From Candidatus Enterousia sp. (GTDB lineage Bacteria > Pseudomonadota > Alphaproteobacteria > Rs-D84), in contig JAZNVZ010000003.1 in NCBI GenBank assembly GCA_045593065.1, positions 14,248-78,247 of the forward strand: 64,000 nucleotides of DNA. Reading direction: 5' to 3'. Positions 29,445 to 39,412 of the stretch are shown in pieces. The notes beneath the pieces are model-generated. The model made no database searches. It was given only the letters and a program-made list of their open reading frames with translations, and was not told the DNA's origin. Both the position numbers and the translations under genes were made by a program. Each line of letters opens with the position of its first letter. The stretch's first letter is position 1.

Positions 29445-30392
29445 TTAAATTTTATCGTTGCTGTGGAAAACTTCGCGGATTAAAAACATACATGTGTCGC
29501 GAACACCATCGCGCCCCGCCAATAAATATTCACGCGGATTAAATTGTTGTGGGTGCGTGTATAAATATTTTCGTATCGCTGCGGTTGTCGCCAAACGCAA
29601 ATCACTGTCGATGTTTATTTTGCAAATGTTTGTTTGCGTTGCTGCAAATTTTAATTGTTCTGGGTCAATACCAATCGCGTTTTTTATGTCGCCACCAAAT
29701 TTGTTTATGTCGTCAACCAGGTGTTCTGGGATACTGGATGCGCCATGCAAAACAAGCGGGGTGTACGGGATTTCGTCTTGGATTTGTTGCAATATATCAA
29801 ATCGCAATTTTTCATCTGCGTTTTTGCGTTTGTATGCGCCATGACTGGTCCCGATGGCAATGGCCAAAGAATCACATTTTGTTTCAGTTATGAATTTTTT
29901 TACGGCACCCGGGTCAGTATAAACAGAATTTTCGTTTGCTGTATTTTCGTCTTCGATGCCAGAGAGTTGACCTAATTCGGCCTCGACATTAACATTGCGC
30001 GCATGTGCGTATCGTGCAATATTGGCGGTTGCGGTTATATTTTCTGTGATGTCGCGTTTACTGAAATCCAACATGACACTGGAAAAGCCGATGTTTATCG
30101 CATCCATACAAGATTCAACCGATGAACCATGGTCCAGGTGCAGTGCAATCTGTTGGTCTGGGGTGATTTTTGCGCCAGAAATCATGCCCATCAGCATATC
30201 GCCCCCCATATATTTTAATGCCGATTCGGAAATCGCGATAATCGCCGGACTGTGGCACATGCGCGCCGCAGATATTATCGCGGTCAATGTTTCCATGTTG
30301 TATGCGTTAAATGCAGGAACAGCGAAATTGCCGCGCAATGCGTTTTTCAGCATGATTTCAGTGTTGCAAAGCCCAAAATCTGTGTGTTTCAT
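29445..30392 (-). CDS. fba: class II fructose-bisphosphate aldolase
   Basis: The N-terminus ...NALRGNFAVPAFNAYNMETL and the metal-binding His/Glu pattern match class II FBA. I chose the internal start MKHTDFG at about 30392 over the longer listed ORF. Confidence 0.82.
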   Translation of the reverse strand: MKHTDFGLCNTEIMLKNALRGNFAVPAFNAYNMETLTAIISAARMCHSPAIIAISESALKYMGGDMLMGMISGAKITPDQQIALHLDHGSSVESCMDAINIGFSSVMLDFSKRDITENITATANIARYAHARNVNVEAELGQLSGIEDENTANENSVYTDPGAVKKFITETKCDSLAIAIGTSHGAYKRKNADEKLRFDILQQIQDEIPYTPLVLHGASSIPEHLVDDINKFGGDIKNAIGIDPEQLKFAATQTNICKINIDSDLRLATTAAIRKYLYTHPQQFNPREYLLAGRDGVRDTCMFLIREVFHSNDKI

Positions 30393-30551
30393 GGTGGTTC
30401 TCTCTCTGGTTAAATTGATTATATCAACGAGGCACAGGAAAAATCCAGGATTTTTTTGGTGAATTGCTTGACTGCCCATTTTTTTGTGCAATAATCGAAT
30501 TAGAAGTGGGTGAAAAAGTCATCTGCAAGAACAAGTAAAAGGGATGAAAAG

Positions 30552-30959
30552 ATGAAAAAAATTTTAGCTTTGACTGCTTTGGTCGCATTGGCAGGTTGCT
30601 CTGACTATTACGATTATTACAAGGGCGGTGTTCGCTATACCCAAGATGGCGATAATTGCATTTATTACAGCAATGAAACAGCGCGTCATTATTCTAATAA
30701 TGTAAATGCGGCTGATTTGGGTAAAAAAATCGTTTACCGCAATACACGTTGTGCTGATTTGTATGCACGTGATACATTGGATCAAGAACCACGCGCAGAA
30801 CGCCGTGTTTTGACACCTGCGACAAATGTTACATATATCGAAGACGAAACAGTCGCGGCACCACGTCAAATCGTTGTTCAACCAACAGAAAAAAAATCTT
30901 GTGGCTGCAAGAAAGCAAAAAAAGCAACAAGACAATATGTTGTTGTATCAAATATGTAA
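30552..30959 (+). CDS. lipoprotein, function unknown
   Basis: Signal with lipobox MKKILALTALVALAGC, Tyr-rich mature protein with four Cys residues. The terminator hairpin at 30981-31008 follows. Confidence 0.55.
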   Translation: MKKILALTALVALAGCSDYYDYYKGGVRYTQDGDNCIYYSNETARHYSNNVNAADLGKKIVYRNTRCADLYARDTLDQEPRAERRVLTPATNVTYIEDETVAAPRQIVVQPTEKKSCGCKKAKKATRQYVVVSNM

Positions 30960-31081
30960 ATATATTATTTGATTATTAAACATCGTCCAATCGGGCGATG
31001 TTTTTTTGTTTGTGATATTATTTTATTTGAAACGCGTTAGATTTTATGGTAGAATTACATTATAAATTAAGGAGATTTTAA

Positions 31082-31441
31082 ATGAAAAATTATGCAAAGG
31101 TTTTGGTTTTTGCCGCGATTGTGGCGTTGATTGTTGTTCCGGCGATGGCGGCGGGCGGGGATGCTTGCGCTGGTAAAGAAGGTGTGTGCGGTTTGGTGTG
31201 CAAAATGCAGGACGTATTTAAAACATTGCGTATTTTGGCATTTGTTGGTGCTGGGTTTTATATGGCCGGTTGGGCATGGACCTATATTTCCAAGGGCGAG
31301 GCCAAAATGGATGATATCAAAGGTAAAGGTATCGGTTTGTTGGTAGGGTTTACATTGTTGTTTGCAATCGGTATTGTTATATCGTTCTTGATGAATACGG
31401 CCGGTTCGGATGGGACCAAGTGTGTGGCCGAGGGCTGGTAA
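31082..31441 (+). CDS. small exported membrane protein with TrbC/VirB2-pilin-like architecture
   Basis: Signal peptide ending AMAAGG, a Cys-containing N-segment, then two hydrophobic helices (ILAFVGAGFYMAGWAWTYI and IGLLVGFTLLFAIGIVISFLM) separated by a short basic loop. Overall 119 aa. Confidence 0.5.
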   Translation: MKNYAKVLVFAAIVALIVVPAMAAGGDACAGKEGVCGLVCKMQDVFKTLRILAFVGAGFYMAGWAWTYISKGEAKMDDIKGKGIGLLVGFTLLFAIGIVISFLMNTAGSDGTKCVAEGW

Positions 31442-31449
31442 GATTCTAG

Positions 31450-31488
31450 AAACAGGTGGCGAAAAGCCACCTGTTTTTTTTATGCAAA
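31450..31488. terminator. bidirectional intrinsic terminator
   Basis: Hairpin aacaggtggcgaaaagccacctgtt followed by T8. Confidence 0.65.
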
Positions 31489-31508
31489 AAATTATTTTTT
31501 ATATTTGA

Positions 31509-31733
31509 TTATTTTTTATCTTCGATATTTGCCAAAGAATATAACACAGATGATATTAATGATTGATAGGGCACATGTTGTTGTGCCGCCAATTCTTTGA
31601 TGCGGTCCAGAATTTCGTGCGGAATACGCATATTTATAACACAATCTGATTTATTAAAAGTACGGTATGCAGCATATTCTTTTAATAATGCCTCTATATT
31701 CATAACGAACAGTTGTTGCATAACATTTGGCAT
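31509..31733 (-). CDS. BrnA-like ribbon-helix-helix antitoxin (orphan)
   Basis: The C-terminus ...CVINMRIPHEILDRIKELAAQQHVPYQSLISSVL fits the BrnA/CopG-type pattern (v.iRi..e.ld.lK.lA...g.pYQsLi). There is no BrnT-size ORF upstream. Confidence 0.5.
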   Translation of the reverse strand: MPNVMQQLFVMNIEALLKEYAAYRTFNKSDCVINMRIPHEILDRIKELAAQQHVPYQSLISSVLYSLANIEDKK

Positions 31734-31958
31734 GTTGACACTCCTCTATACTTTATTCAACACACATGTCTGTACTGATGACTATAACATTGTATTTACA
31801 CTTGTCAATACATTTGTGCGCACGGTTGTAATTACGGGCGTCAGCACGATTGTGGGGGCGTGTGTATTGTGTCGTTGATGCTTTAAATCCAGTTGCATTT
31901 TGTGTTTTTGTGTCCTAAGATTGCACCATAGGAAGGTTGTACAAGGAAAGGATTTGCT

Positions 31959-33278
31959 ATGTTGAAAAAAATATTTTGTGCTGTGGCATTGTTGTTATTG
32001 GCGGTTGTGCCAGGACACGCTGAATTAAAGGTTGATATTGTTGCGGGTAATGTTGAACCGCAATCTGTTGCGATTCAACGCGTGGAAACTGATGGCGGGG
32101 TGTCCAAGGCCGATGCTGAAATGGTGCGAAATGTTGTCGAAAACGATTTGAAATCAACTGGGTTGTTCCGCATGATAAACAAAGACGCGTTTCCACAATT
32201 TGTAAAATTCAATGATATGCCTGATTTCAAATTATGGTATGCAATCAAGGCCCAGATTTTAGTTCAATCTAAAATGACAAAACAATCAAACGGTATGTAT
32301 AAATTGGAATTCTATGTTTGGGATTTAAATAGCAAAGAACAAATAGAAGCCCAGAGTTTGGCGGCATCTAAAAAATCTGTACGGCGCATGGCGCATTTGA
32401 TGGCAGATGCGATTTACGAAAGATTAACAGGCGAGGTTGGGTATTTTGATACTCAAATCGTATTTATTGCAGAAACAGGAGATGTTGCCAACAGAACAAA
32501 ACGTATGGCAATTATGGACCAAGATGGTTATGGAATGCGGTATTTGTCTGACAAAAATACTTTTGTTATGTCGCCGCGTTTTTCGCCAAATATGCGTACG
32601 GTTGTGTTTTTGTCTTACCGTGATGATAAACCTATGATTTGGACATTGGATTTAGATTCTGGGGCGCAACGCAGATTGGGCGAATTTGGCGGTATGAACT
32701 TTGCACCGCGTTTTTCCCCAGACGGTAAAAAAATTGCAATGTCTTTGGTGCGTGGCCCAGACACACACATATTTGAATACAATATGGAAACACGCGAATT
32801 GCGCCAGTTGACATTTGGACATTCGTTAAATACATCGCCATCTTATTCGCCAGATGGAACAAAATTGGCGTTTAATTCTGACAAATCTGGCAGTCAGCAA
32901 ATTCACATTTTGGATTTGGCAACCGGCACAGATGAACGCATAACTTTCAGTGCAGGGCGTTATGCTACGCCGGCATGGTCGCCTGATGGACAGTTTATTG
33001 CGTTTACCAAAATTGCTGACGATACATTTTATATCGGTGTTATGAATCCTGATGGTAAACACGAAAAGATTTTGGCAGGCGGTTGGTATATGGAGGCACC
33101 ATCATGGGCCCCAGGTTCACGCCGTTTGATTTATTACGAAACAGAAAAATCTGATGATGGCCAAGACAGAATGAGTCATTTGCGTACTGTCGATATCACA
33201 GGGCAAAATCTGTACGATATTGAATTGCCAGATGGTATAAATGGGGTTGAACCAACCTGGTCGCCAAAATTGCAATAA
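31959..33278 (+). CDS. tolB: Tol-Pal system periplasmic protein TolB
   Basis: Signal peptide, TolB N-domain and beta-propeller repeats of the type SPDGK.IAF / WSPDG. Confidence 0.88.
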   Translation: MLKKIFCAVALLLLAVVPGHAELKVDIVAGNVEPQSVAIQRVETDGGVSKADAEMVRNVVENDLKSTGLFRMINKDAFPQFVKFNDMPDFKLWYAIKAQILVQSKMTKQSNGMYKLEFYVWDLNSKEQIEAQSLAASKKSVRRMAHLMADAIYERLTGEVGYFDTQIVFIAETGDVANRTKRMAIMDQDGYGMRYLSDKNTFVMSPRFSPNMRTVVFLSYRDDKPMIWTLDLDSGAQRRLGEFGGMNFAPRFSPDGKKIAMSLVRGPDTHIFEYNMETRELRQLTFGHSLNTSPSYSPDGTKLAFNSDKSGSQQIHILDLATGTDERITFSAGRYATPAWSPDGQFIAFTKIADDTFYIGVMNPDGKHEKILAGGWYMEAPSWAPGSRRLIYYETEKSDDGQDRMSHLRTVDITGQNLYDIELPDGINGVEPTWSPKLQ

Positions 33279-33280
33279 AT

Positions 33281-33700
33281 ATGATTTTACACAAAACAAT
33301 TTTTATCGCTGTCGCCGCTGCGTTCGTTGCGCATGGCGCGTGCGCGGTGCCGGCGGTTGTGCGTTATGTCGTTGATGGCGATACTTTTTCTGCGGGTGTA
33401 AGATTAGAAGACGATACGATTATATCTGTGCGTGTCCGTCTGCGTAATGTTGATACCCCAGAATTGCATGGTGCGTGTATTGATGAAATTGTTGCGGCGA
33501 ATGTTGCGCGTAGCAGGTTGGCCGAACTGATACCGGTTGACAGCGTTGTCGAATTACAAAATATCAAAGATGATAAATACCTGGGGCGCATAGATGCCAA
33601 TGTCCTGGATTCCCGCGGGCGCGATGTTGGGAAAATTCTCGTTCGCGAAGGTTTAGGTCGTCCGTATAGTGGGGGCAAGCGCTCTGGTTGGTGCGAGTAA
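33281..33700 (+). CDS. secreted staphylococcal-nuclease-like (SNase/thermonuclease) protein
   Basis: Signal peptide followed by VVDGDTF...VRLRNVDTPEL, which resembles the SNase catalytic motif. Confidence 0.72.
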   Translation: MILHKTIFIAVAAAFVAHGACAVPAVVRYVVDGDTFSAGVRLEDDTIISVRVRLRNVDTPELHGACIDEIVAANVARSRLAELIPVDSVVELQNIKDDKYLGRIDANVLDSRGRDVGKILVREGLGRPYSGGKRSGWCE

Positions 33701-33704
33701 ACAA

Positions 33705-33795
33705 AAATATAATGGGTATCTGCTTGATTCCGGCTCGCTCATGTAGCGTTTGTACACTACGCTCGCCGGAATCTGCGCATCTACCGCATTATATT
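33705..33795. repeat. single copy of the family-A palindromic element (same as at 28386-28665)
   Basis: aaaaatataatgggtatctgcttgattccggctcgctcatgtagcgtttgtacactacgctcgccggaatctgcgcatctaccgcattatattttt lies immediately after the nuclease stop codon. Confidence 0.8.
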
Positions 33796-33810
33796 TTTAT
33801 TCTGTGGAAT

Positions 33811-34539
33811 TTAAGCACTGTGTTTGTTGATTGCTTTGTGGATTTCGTCCAAATCTGCCGATGCCGGTAATTGGTTTTCAAAATACACATTGGCAACACC
33901 TGGGCGAATACGACCGCGTTTTGGCCAATATAATCCTGTGTCGGTGCCAATCGGTAAAATTGGCAATTTTAATTCGTGTGCTAAATACAGTAAACCACGG
34001 CGTAATTCTGGACGGTCGCCTGGTTTGACACGCGTGCCTTCGGGGAATATAACCAATGTTTCGCCGTTGCGGATTTTTTTAGCAACATTGTCTGTTAATT
34101 TGCGCATATTCGTTCGACCGCGTTTGCGATTGACAGGTTGCAGTCCAATGCGTAAAAACATCCATCCATAAATTGGTATCCATGTTAATTCACGTTTAAT
34201 GATAAAAAATACATGCGGAACATTGATGTATATAATTGCAATCTCTAAAATAGACATGTGTTTTGCCGCGATAATTGCCTTGCCATCTAATCTGGTATTA
34301 GAATTTGGATAATTTGGGACACCGTCTGTTTCCCGTGGCGGAAAATGAATTTCGTATTTTATCCCACCGATGCTGCGTGCGATTGCCAATACCCCCAATG
34401 TTTCTGTACGAACCATGAATTTTGCCAATTTGCCAGACAATAACCCAATCGCCAGTAATGGTGTCCATGCAATAAAATAAATCCCCAGTACAAGTTTAAA
34501 AATAATTGTTCTTAACATTTTATCCTTCTTTGAATCCAA
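33811..34539 (-). CDS. plsC: 1-acyl-sn-glycerol-3-phosphate acyltransferase (LPLAT family)
   Basis: Contains the H(X4)D-type block and the FPEGTR motif (VIFPEGTRVKPG). Confidence 0.8.
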   Translation of the reverse strand: MDSKKDKMLRTIIFKLVLGIYFIAWTPLLAIGLLSGKLAKFMVRTETLGVLAIARSIGGIKYEIHFPPRETDGVPNYPNSNTRLDGKAIIAAKHMSILEIAIIYINVPHVFFIIKRELTWIPIYGWMFLRIGLQPVNRKRGRTNMRKLTDNVAKKIRNGETLVIFPEGTRVKPGDRPELRRGLLYLAHELKLPILPIGTDTGLYWPKRGRIRPGVANVYFENQLPASADLDEIHKAINKHSA

Positions 34540-35029
34540 ATAATGTTACGATGTATTTTAAATATTCAATCGTCCAACGTTCCAATCGGCGGGGCGCAGG
34601 CATCCCAGTTAATGGCGCAGAACATGTGATGATTTCTGTGGTGGGAACCTCGTGATGAATTAAATGCACGGCGCGTTTCATATGTTCTTCGGTTGTAACG
34701 ACAACGATTCGGTCCAAATGTTGCTGTTCCGCAATTTTACGAATCGCTAACGCGTTTTGATATGTCGATTTAGATTTTGTTTCCATCATGACACGGGCGC
34801 GCCCAGGATTGAAATTATGACTGCCCACGCCAATAATGTGAATTTTGGCGTATGGATATCGTTTCGTTTGTTGTAATGCGTATGGAATTCTGCGTGCATC
34901 GCCAGTCAAGACAAATATATTATCGTTTGGCAAAATTGGCCCACACGATAACGGCGATGTTAATTTGAATATCATTCCGCCTAATACGAAAATACCCAGA
35001 ATTAAAAAAGATGGTGTTATTAATTTCAT
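34520..35029 (-). CDS. DUF218/YdcF(ElyC)-family protein
   Basis: N-terminal TM segment followed by a DUF218-like core (IVVVTTEEHMKRA). Confidence 0.55.
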   Translation of the reverse strand: MKLITPSFLILGIFVLGGMIFKLTSPLSCGPILPNDNIFVLTGDARRIPYALQQTKRYPYAKIHIIGVGSHNFNPGRARVMMETKSKSTYQNALAIRKIAEQQHLDRIVVVTTEEHMKRAVHLIHHEVPTTEIITCSAPLTGMPAPRRLERWTIEYLKYIVTLFGFKEG

Positions 35030-35862
35030 TTATTTAATATTCTGTGTGTTGTGTGTTTTGTTACATATGTTGCAAATATCGTAATAAATACAGGCAACAA
35101 TCCCAATAATATCCACCCGTATATGTTTAAATCCAGCATAGCCATTAACCCAACACGGGCAGAATGTGCAGACGATATAATTAATAATAAAAATGGTATC
35201 GCCAGTAAAAAACCATATAATGTGGCGCGTGTACAGATGCGCGCAACAATAATTTGCATTTGTTTGGCAACGAAAGAATCACTGGCCCCGATTTGATTTA
35301 AAATTTCCAATTCACGTTTGTGCAATACCGCAGTATTGTGCGCAATGTATGTTATACATGTGGTTATTGATATCAACATAACAATCAAAACCAGTCCAGA
35401 AATTATAATTAAATACCATCCCGCCCGCACAGGTGTTTCCAGTGCGGCTTTATGGGTTAAAAAACGCGCGTATGGTGTTATTTGTGTTTGAACGGTTTTT
35501 AAATCTTGTTTAGTGGCAAATTTAACCTCCCACATTTGGGGCATATATTTTTGCAGTGCGCTGCCCCCGGATATCCAAGGCGACATCAAATCAGTCATTT
35601 GTGATGTCGTCAATTCGTGTATCGATGCAATAATGTTTTTGTTTTTTGCCAAAACATCGCGTATTTTGGGAACATCATTGGTGTCTGTGGTTTGAATCGT
35701 TGCATACAAATCCCACCGAGAATTCATACGCATTGCCCCAGTGCCAATCATTAAAGCAATCCCCAACGCCAATACAGACAAAAATGCCAACACTGACATA
35801 ATTGCCGTCATAAATGTGCTTTGTTCTTTGAATAATGAAAAAACGAGTGGTTTGGTTTTCAT
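35026..35862 (-). CDS. ftsX: cell-division permease FtsX
   Basis: TM1, a large periplasmic loop and three C-terminal TM helices. It is translationally coupled downstream of ftsE. Confidence 0.75.
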   Translation of the reverse strand: MKTKPLVFSLFKEQSTFMTAIMSVLAFLSVLALGIALMIGTGAMRMNSRWDLYATIQTTDTNDVPKIRDVLAKNKNIIASIHELTTSQMTDLMSPWISGGSALQKYMPQMWEVKFATKQDLKTVQTQITPYARFLTHKAALETPVRAGWYLIIISGLVLIVMLISITTCITYIAHNTAVLHKRELEILNQIGASDSFVAKQMQIIVARICTRATLYGFLLAIPFLLLIISSAHSARVGLMAMLDLNIYGWILLGLLPVFITIFATYVTKHTTHRILNK

Positions 35863-36641
35863 TGCATGTTTCCAATATCTTCGAATTGTTTTGATAATTC
35901 ATTCAAATAGTTTTTTGGGGCGGGACCTTTCCATAATTTTTTAGCCCCAGTTTCGGCATGTTGGGCCACAAAATGCACATGATGGTTTTCAATATGAATT
36001 ACCGGGAATTTATATGTGTTAATTAAACTGTTGTTATGTGTTGCCAAAATAATCGTTGTGCCAAACATCTTGTTCATTTGAATAAACAGTTCCATCAAAC
36101 GGGACGCGTTATCATCATCAAGATTGCCGGTCGGTTCGTCCGCCAATAAAATTGATGGCTGAACAATAATTGCACGCGCAACAGATATGCGTTGTTGTTG
36201 TCCCCCACTGAGTGCCAACGGGTTTTCGTTTGCATATTTGCCCAGACCAACCCAATCCAGAACCTTGGGCACCAATAATTTAACCTTGGATTCTGGGACA
36301 TTACGAACGCGCAATGGCAACGCAACATTGTCAAATACAGACAAATGCGATAATAACGAATATTCTTGAAACACAATAGCCATTTTTTTGCGGATGTTCG
36401 TGATTTCATCGCGCGACATGTCGTTTGTTATCTTCCCAAATAGTTTTATTTGACCCGTCCGTGGTTTATGCAGTTGATAGATTAAACGCAACAGGGTTGT
36501 TTTTCCCGCGCCAGATGCCCCTGTTAAAAAATAAATCGCGCCGCCAGTAATGTTAAAAGACACATCGGTCAACACATCGGCACCGTTATCATACGCGGCC
36601 GATACATTCGTCAGTGATATAGATGCCGATTTTTCTTCCAT
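35859..36641 (-). CDS. ftsE: cell-division ATP-binding protein FtsE
   Basis: ABC ATPase with Walker A GASGAGKTT, signature LSGGQQQR and Walker B LLADEPTGNLD. Confidence 0.85.
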   Translation of the reverse strand: MEEKSASISLTNVSAAYDNGADVLTDVSFNITGGAIYFLTGASGAGKTTLLRLIYQLHKPRTGQIKLFGKITNDMSRDEITNIRKKMAIVFQEYSLLSHLSVFDNVALPLRVRNVPESKVKLLVPKVLDWVGLGKYANENPLALSGGQQQRISVARAIIVQPSILLADEPTGNLDDDNASRLMELFIQMNKMFGTTIILATHNNSLINTYKFPVIHIENHHVHFVAQHAETGAKKLWKGPAPKNYLNELSKQFEDIGNMQ

Positions 36642-36767
36642 TTCAAAACTATATTAGAAAAAAATATGTGTTGGGTCAAATATTAAAATATTTTAAAAAA
36701 ATAGCTTTTACGATTTGTAAATATACTAAATTTATGATAAAATTAAGTGTAAAGAATTGGTGTAGGA

Positions 36768-37652
36768 ATGATTAATAATCGCATTGCGTATGCTGTTTTT
36801 TTATCGATTTTGCCTATGACGGCACTGGGCAGTATGGCATATGTGCCATCGCGCCCGTGTGATTGTGTGTTGGGTTGTGATTATACGGCGGATACTGCAC
36901 CAAATGGTTATGGCGCAAATGGTTGGAATTATTATCGTGGTGCCCCAGGATATCACGATTTTCAACGCGTTCAACCCGTAAATGAAGATACAGAACAAAC
37001 CCAAGACCAACCGTTGAATCAGGCAGAAAAAACTGATAATTCTTGGCAAGATGTGGGAATGTATGTGGCGGCGAATTTGGGTGCAAATATGTGGTCTTGG
37101 AAAAACACATATGAATCCAATTATGCGGGCGTGGATTTGAGTCAATCCCAAGATAAATATTCGTTTGAAAATGTTTGGGGCGCATCGTTGGCATTGGGAA
37201 TGGGGTTTGATGAAAATCTGCGTGGCGATATTGAATTAGGCATAACATCAAAATTCGAAGACAGTGATGATATTGCAGAATATACATTGCAATCACAATA
37301 TATCATGGCCAATGTGTACCGTGATTTTGAATCTGGGTTTTATTTGGGGGTTGGATTGGGTGCTGCCAAGGTAACAGCCGGATTGGGTGGTGCGTTATTT
37401 GATTCTAAAAAGCAAGAAGAATCAATTACATCTATCAAGGTCGGTTTGTCGGCGGGTTATGCCACCAAAATTGCAGACAATATGTTTGTCGATTTTCGAT
37501 ACAGATTGTCCGGATTAAAGAGCGCAGAAATTTCTAACAGTTCATTTTTATGGGATGATGTCGAAGGCGATTATGTTTCGTATTCTTTGCGCATCAAAAG
37601 TGATTTGTTAGTAGAAAATGCGTTGTCAGTTGGTCTAAGGTTTTATTTTTAA
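36768..37652 (+). CDS. outer-membrane beta-barrel protein (OmpA-like/porin-family barrel)
   Basis: Signal peptide, alternating amphipathic beta-strands, and a C-terminal aromatic residue (...VGLRFYF). Confidence 0.7.
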   Translation: MINNRIAYAVFLSILPMTALGSMAYVPSRPCDCVLGCDYTADTAPNGYGANGWNYYRGAPGYHDFQRVQPVNEDTEQTQDQPLNQAEKTDNSWQDVGMYVAANLGANMWSWKNTYESNYAGVDLSQSQDKYSFENVWGASLALGMGFDENLRGDIELGITSKFEDSDDIAEYTLQSQYIMANVYRDFESGFYLGVGLGAAKVTAGLGGALFDSKKQEESITSIKVGLSAGYATKIADNMFVDFRYRLSGLKSAEISNSSFLWDDVEGDYVSYSLRIKSDLLVENALSVGLRFYF

Positions 37653-37670
37653 ACATTTGGGGACAGAGAG

Positions 37671-39365
37671 ATGAAAAATAAATTTGGTATGTATTCGTTT
37701 ATTTTGACAAGTGCGATTTGTATGTTTGGCACATCAGCATTTGCTGCTGCCAGTGTGCGTGCATTGGGAACAGGAAACAATGCCGTGGTGGGAACATCTG
37801 GGGCTGCGGTTGTCAAATCTGCATCGCCAAATATTGTGGCGCGTCCAGGCGCATCAACCGCTGGGGCGGGGCAGGTGTCGCGCGCATCTTCGTTGCGTTT
37901 TTCGCCAACGGTATCATCTGGAACGATTAGTGGGGCAAAACAATATACGGTAAATACATCCGGCAAAAACCTTGGGGGCAGTGTTGCTGTATCGCCTTCA
38001 TCACGATTGTCTATTGGTAAATATTTGAATTTGTCGCATACGAATTCGGTTACCCCAACCAGTGGCGGAACAACCCCAACTGGTGGCACAGGGGGATGCA
38101 CCGCGTGCACAAATGATATAGACGCGTTGCAACAGGCATTGGATGAATTGCGCGCCAGAATAGATGCGTTTAATGACAGTAAACAAAATACTTTGATTGT
38201 TGGGGAACAATCTGGAGAATACATTACTATCGATGGCGACAGCCAAAATGTTATTAATATAGATATCGATTTGTTAAAGCAAGAATTGAACGAGGCATTG
38301 GGTAATGATAGGCCCGTGGTTACAGAATTAGATAATACATATAAATTATGGTGGTGCTATGCTGATGAATTAGAAACCGCTGTGGCGGGTGATAACATAG
38401 CGGACGCAACAAATATGGTGGCCGGTAAAAAGTGCCCAATTACCCACAGAAATTTGGTTATTGATTTAGGACATGTGTTGCAAAATTATGATTTGGTGAC
38501 AAATAATACATCTATTAATAATGCTATTGCACAGTTGCAGGCAGAATTAGAAAACAAACAGGTCGTGTTAACACCTCGTGGTGGCATAATTACGATTGGC
38601 CCAGATGCCGAAGACGAAACCAAGACCGCAATCAGTGTGGACGAAGATGCTTTGCGCGATGTGTTGGGGTTGGCTGAATTGCGGACGGCCGAGATGCGCG
38701 TTACTGACCAGGGCATGTTGCAGTGGCGTTATATGGACGAATTTGAATTAGATAACGAAACGCCAAAATGGACAGATGTTTATGATTTGACGAATTTGTT
38801 GACTAATTATGTGTCTATTCCTGCGTTCGAGGCAGAGCAAGCGCGCGTCAATATCGAATTGGGCAAAAGAGAGTATAAATTAACCCCAGATGTGCAGTAT
38901 AATTATGAAGGGAATTGGATGCCACTGGTGTATATCAATCGTGCCAACGAAGAACGCCCTGTAATTGGTTTGGAACTCAAAGCGTTGAGGGCGTGGGTTT
39001 TGGAACAAGTACACATGAATGGCAATGGTGAATACCGTGTTTTTGAAATGGTAAATGACGGTCCAATATTGAAATGGCATTACATAGGGGAAGATGATTG
39101 GAAAGAATTGAATTTGAATGATTATTTCGCATCACGAAATGATTTTAATACATTGCAGTCAGATTTTAATAGTTTGAGCAGCACCGTAACCAGTGTTAGC
39201 AGTACGGTTACCACAATGGAAAATGCGATAAACGAAATAAGCGAAAATTTGGCCAAAATTACGCCGCCTACGGATGGTGGATTGTATATTTTGAGTGTTG
39301 ACGAAACCGATGGCCCAGCGTGGCAACCGATTGAAATAGTTGATGCCGAATATGATGGCGAATAA
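37671..39365 (+). CDS. large secreted hypothetical protein (564 aa) with Gly/Ser/Thr-rich N-region and coiled-coil segments
   Basis: Signal peptide MKNKFGMYSFILTSAICMFGTSAFA. A VVGTSGAAVV motif is shared with the 12268 protein. Confidence 0.62.
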   Translation: MKNKFGMYSFILTSAICMFGTSAFAAASVRALGTGNNAVVGTSGAAVVKSASPNIVARPGASTAGAGQVSRASSLRFSPTVSSGTISGAKQYTVNTSGKNLGGSVAVSPSSRLSIGKYLNLSHTNSVTPTSGGTTPTGGTGGCTACTNDIDALQQALDELRARIDAFNDSKQNTLIVGEQSGEYITIDGDSQNVINIDIDLLKQELNEALGNDRPVVTELDNTYKLWWCYADELETAVAGDNIADATNMVAGKKCPITHRNLVIDLGHVLQNYDLVTNNTSINNAIAQLQAELENKQVVLTPRGGIITIGPDAEDETKTAISVDEDALRDVLGLAELRTAEMRVTDQGMLQWRYMDEFELDNETPKWTDVYDLTNLLTNYVSIPAFEAEQARVNIELGKREYKLTPDVQYNYEGNWMPLVYINRANEERPVIGLELKALRAWVLEQVHMNGNGEYRVFEMVNDGPILKWHYIGEDDWKELNLNDYFASRNDFNTLQSDFNSLSSTVTSVSSTVTTMENAINEISENLAKITPPTDGGLYILSVDETDGPAWQPIEIVDAEYDGE

Positions 39366-39380
39366 GTTTTTGCATGGTGG

Positions 39381-39412
39381 AAAAACGCCGGCGATTTGCC
39401 GGCGTTTTTTTT
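39381..39412 (+). terminator. intrinsic terminator
   Basis: Hairpin cgccggcgatttgccggcg followed by T8. Confidence 0.7.

Noticed and set aside
29445-30491. Full 348-aa listed ORF for fba
   Set aside because: Class II FBA begins near the ...AVPAFN motif. The upstream 33 codons have no aldolase similarity, so I chose the internal start at about 30392.
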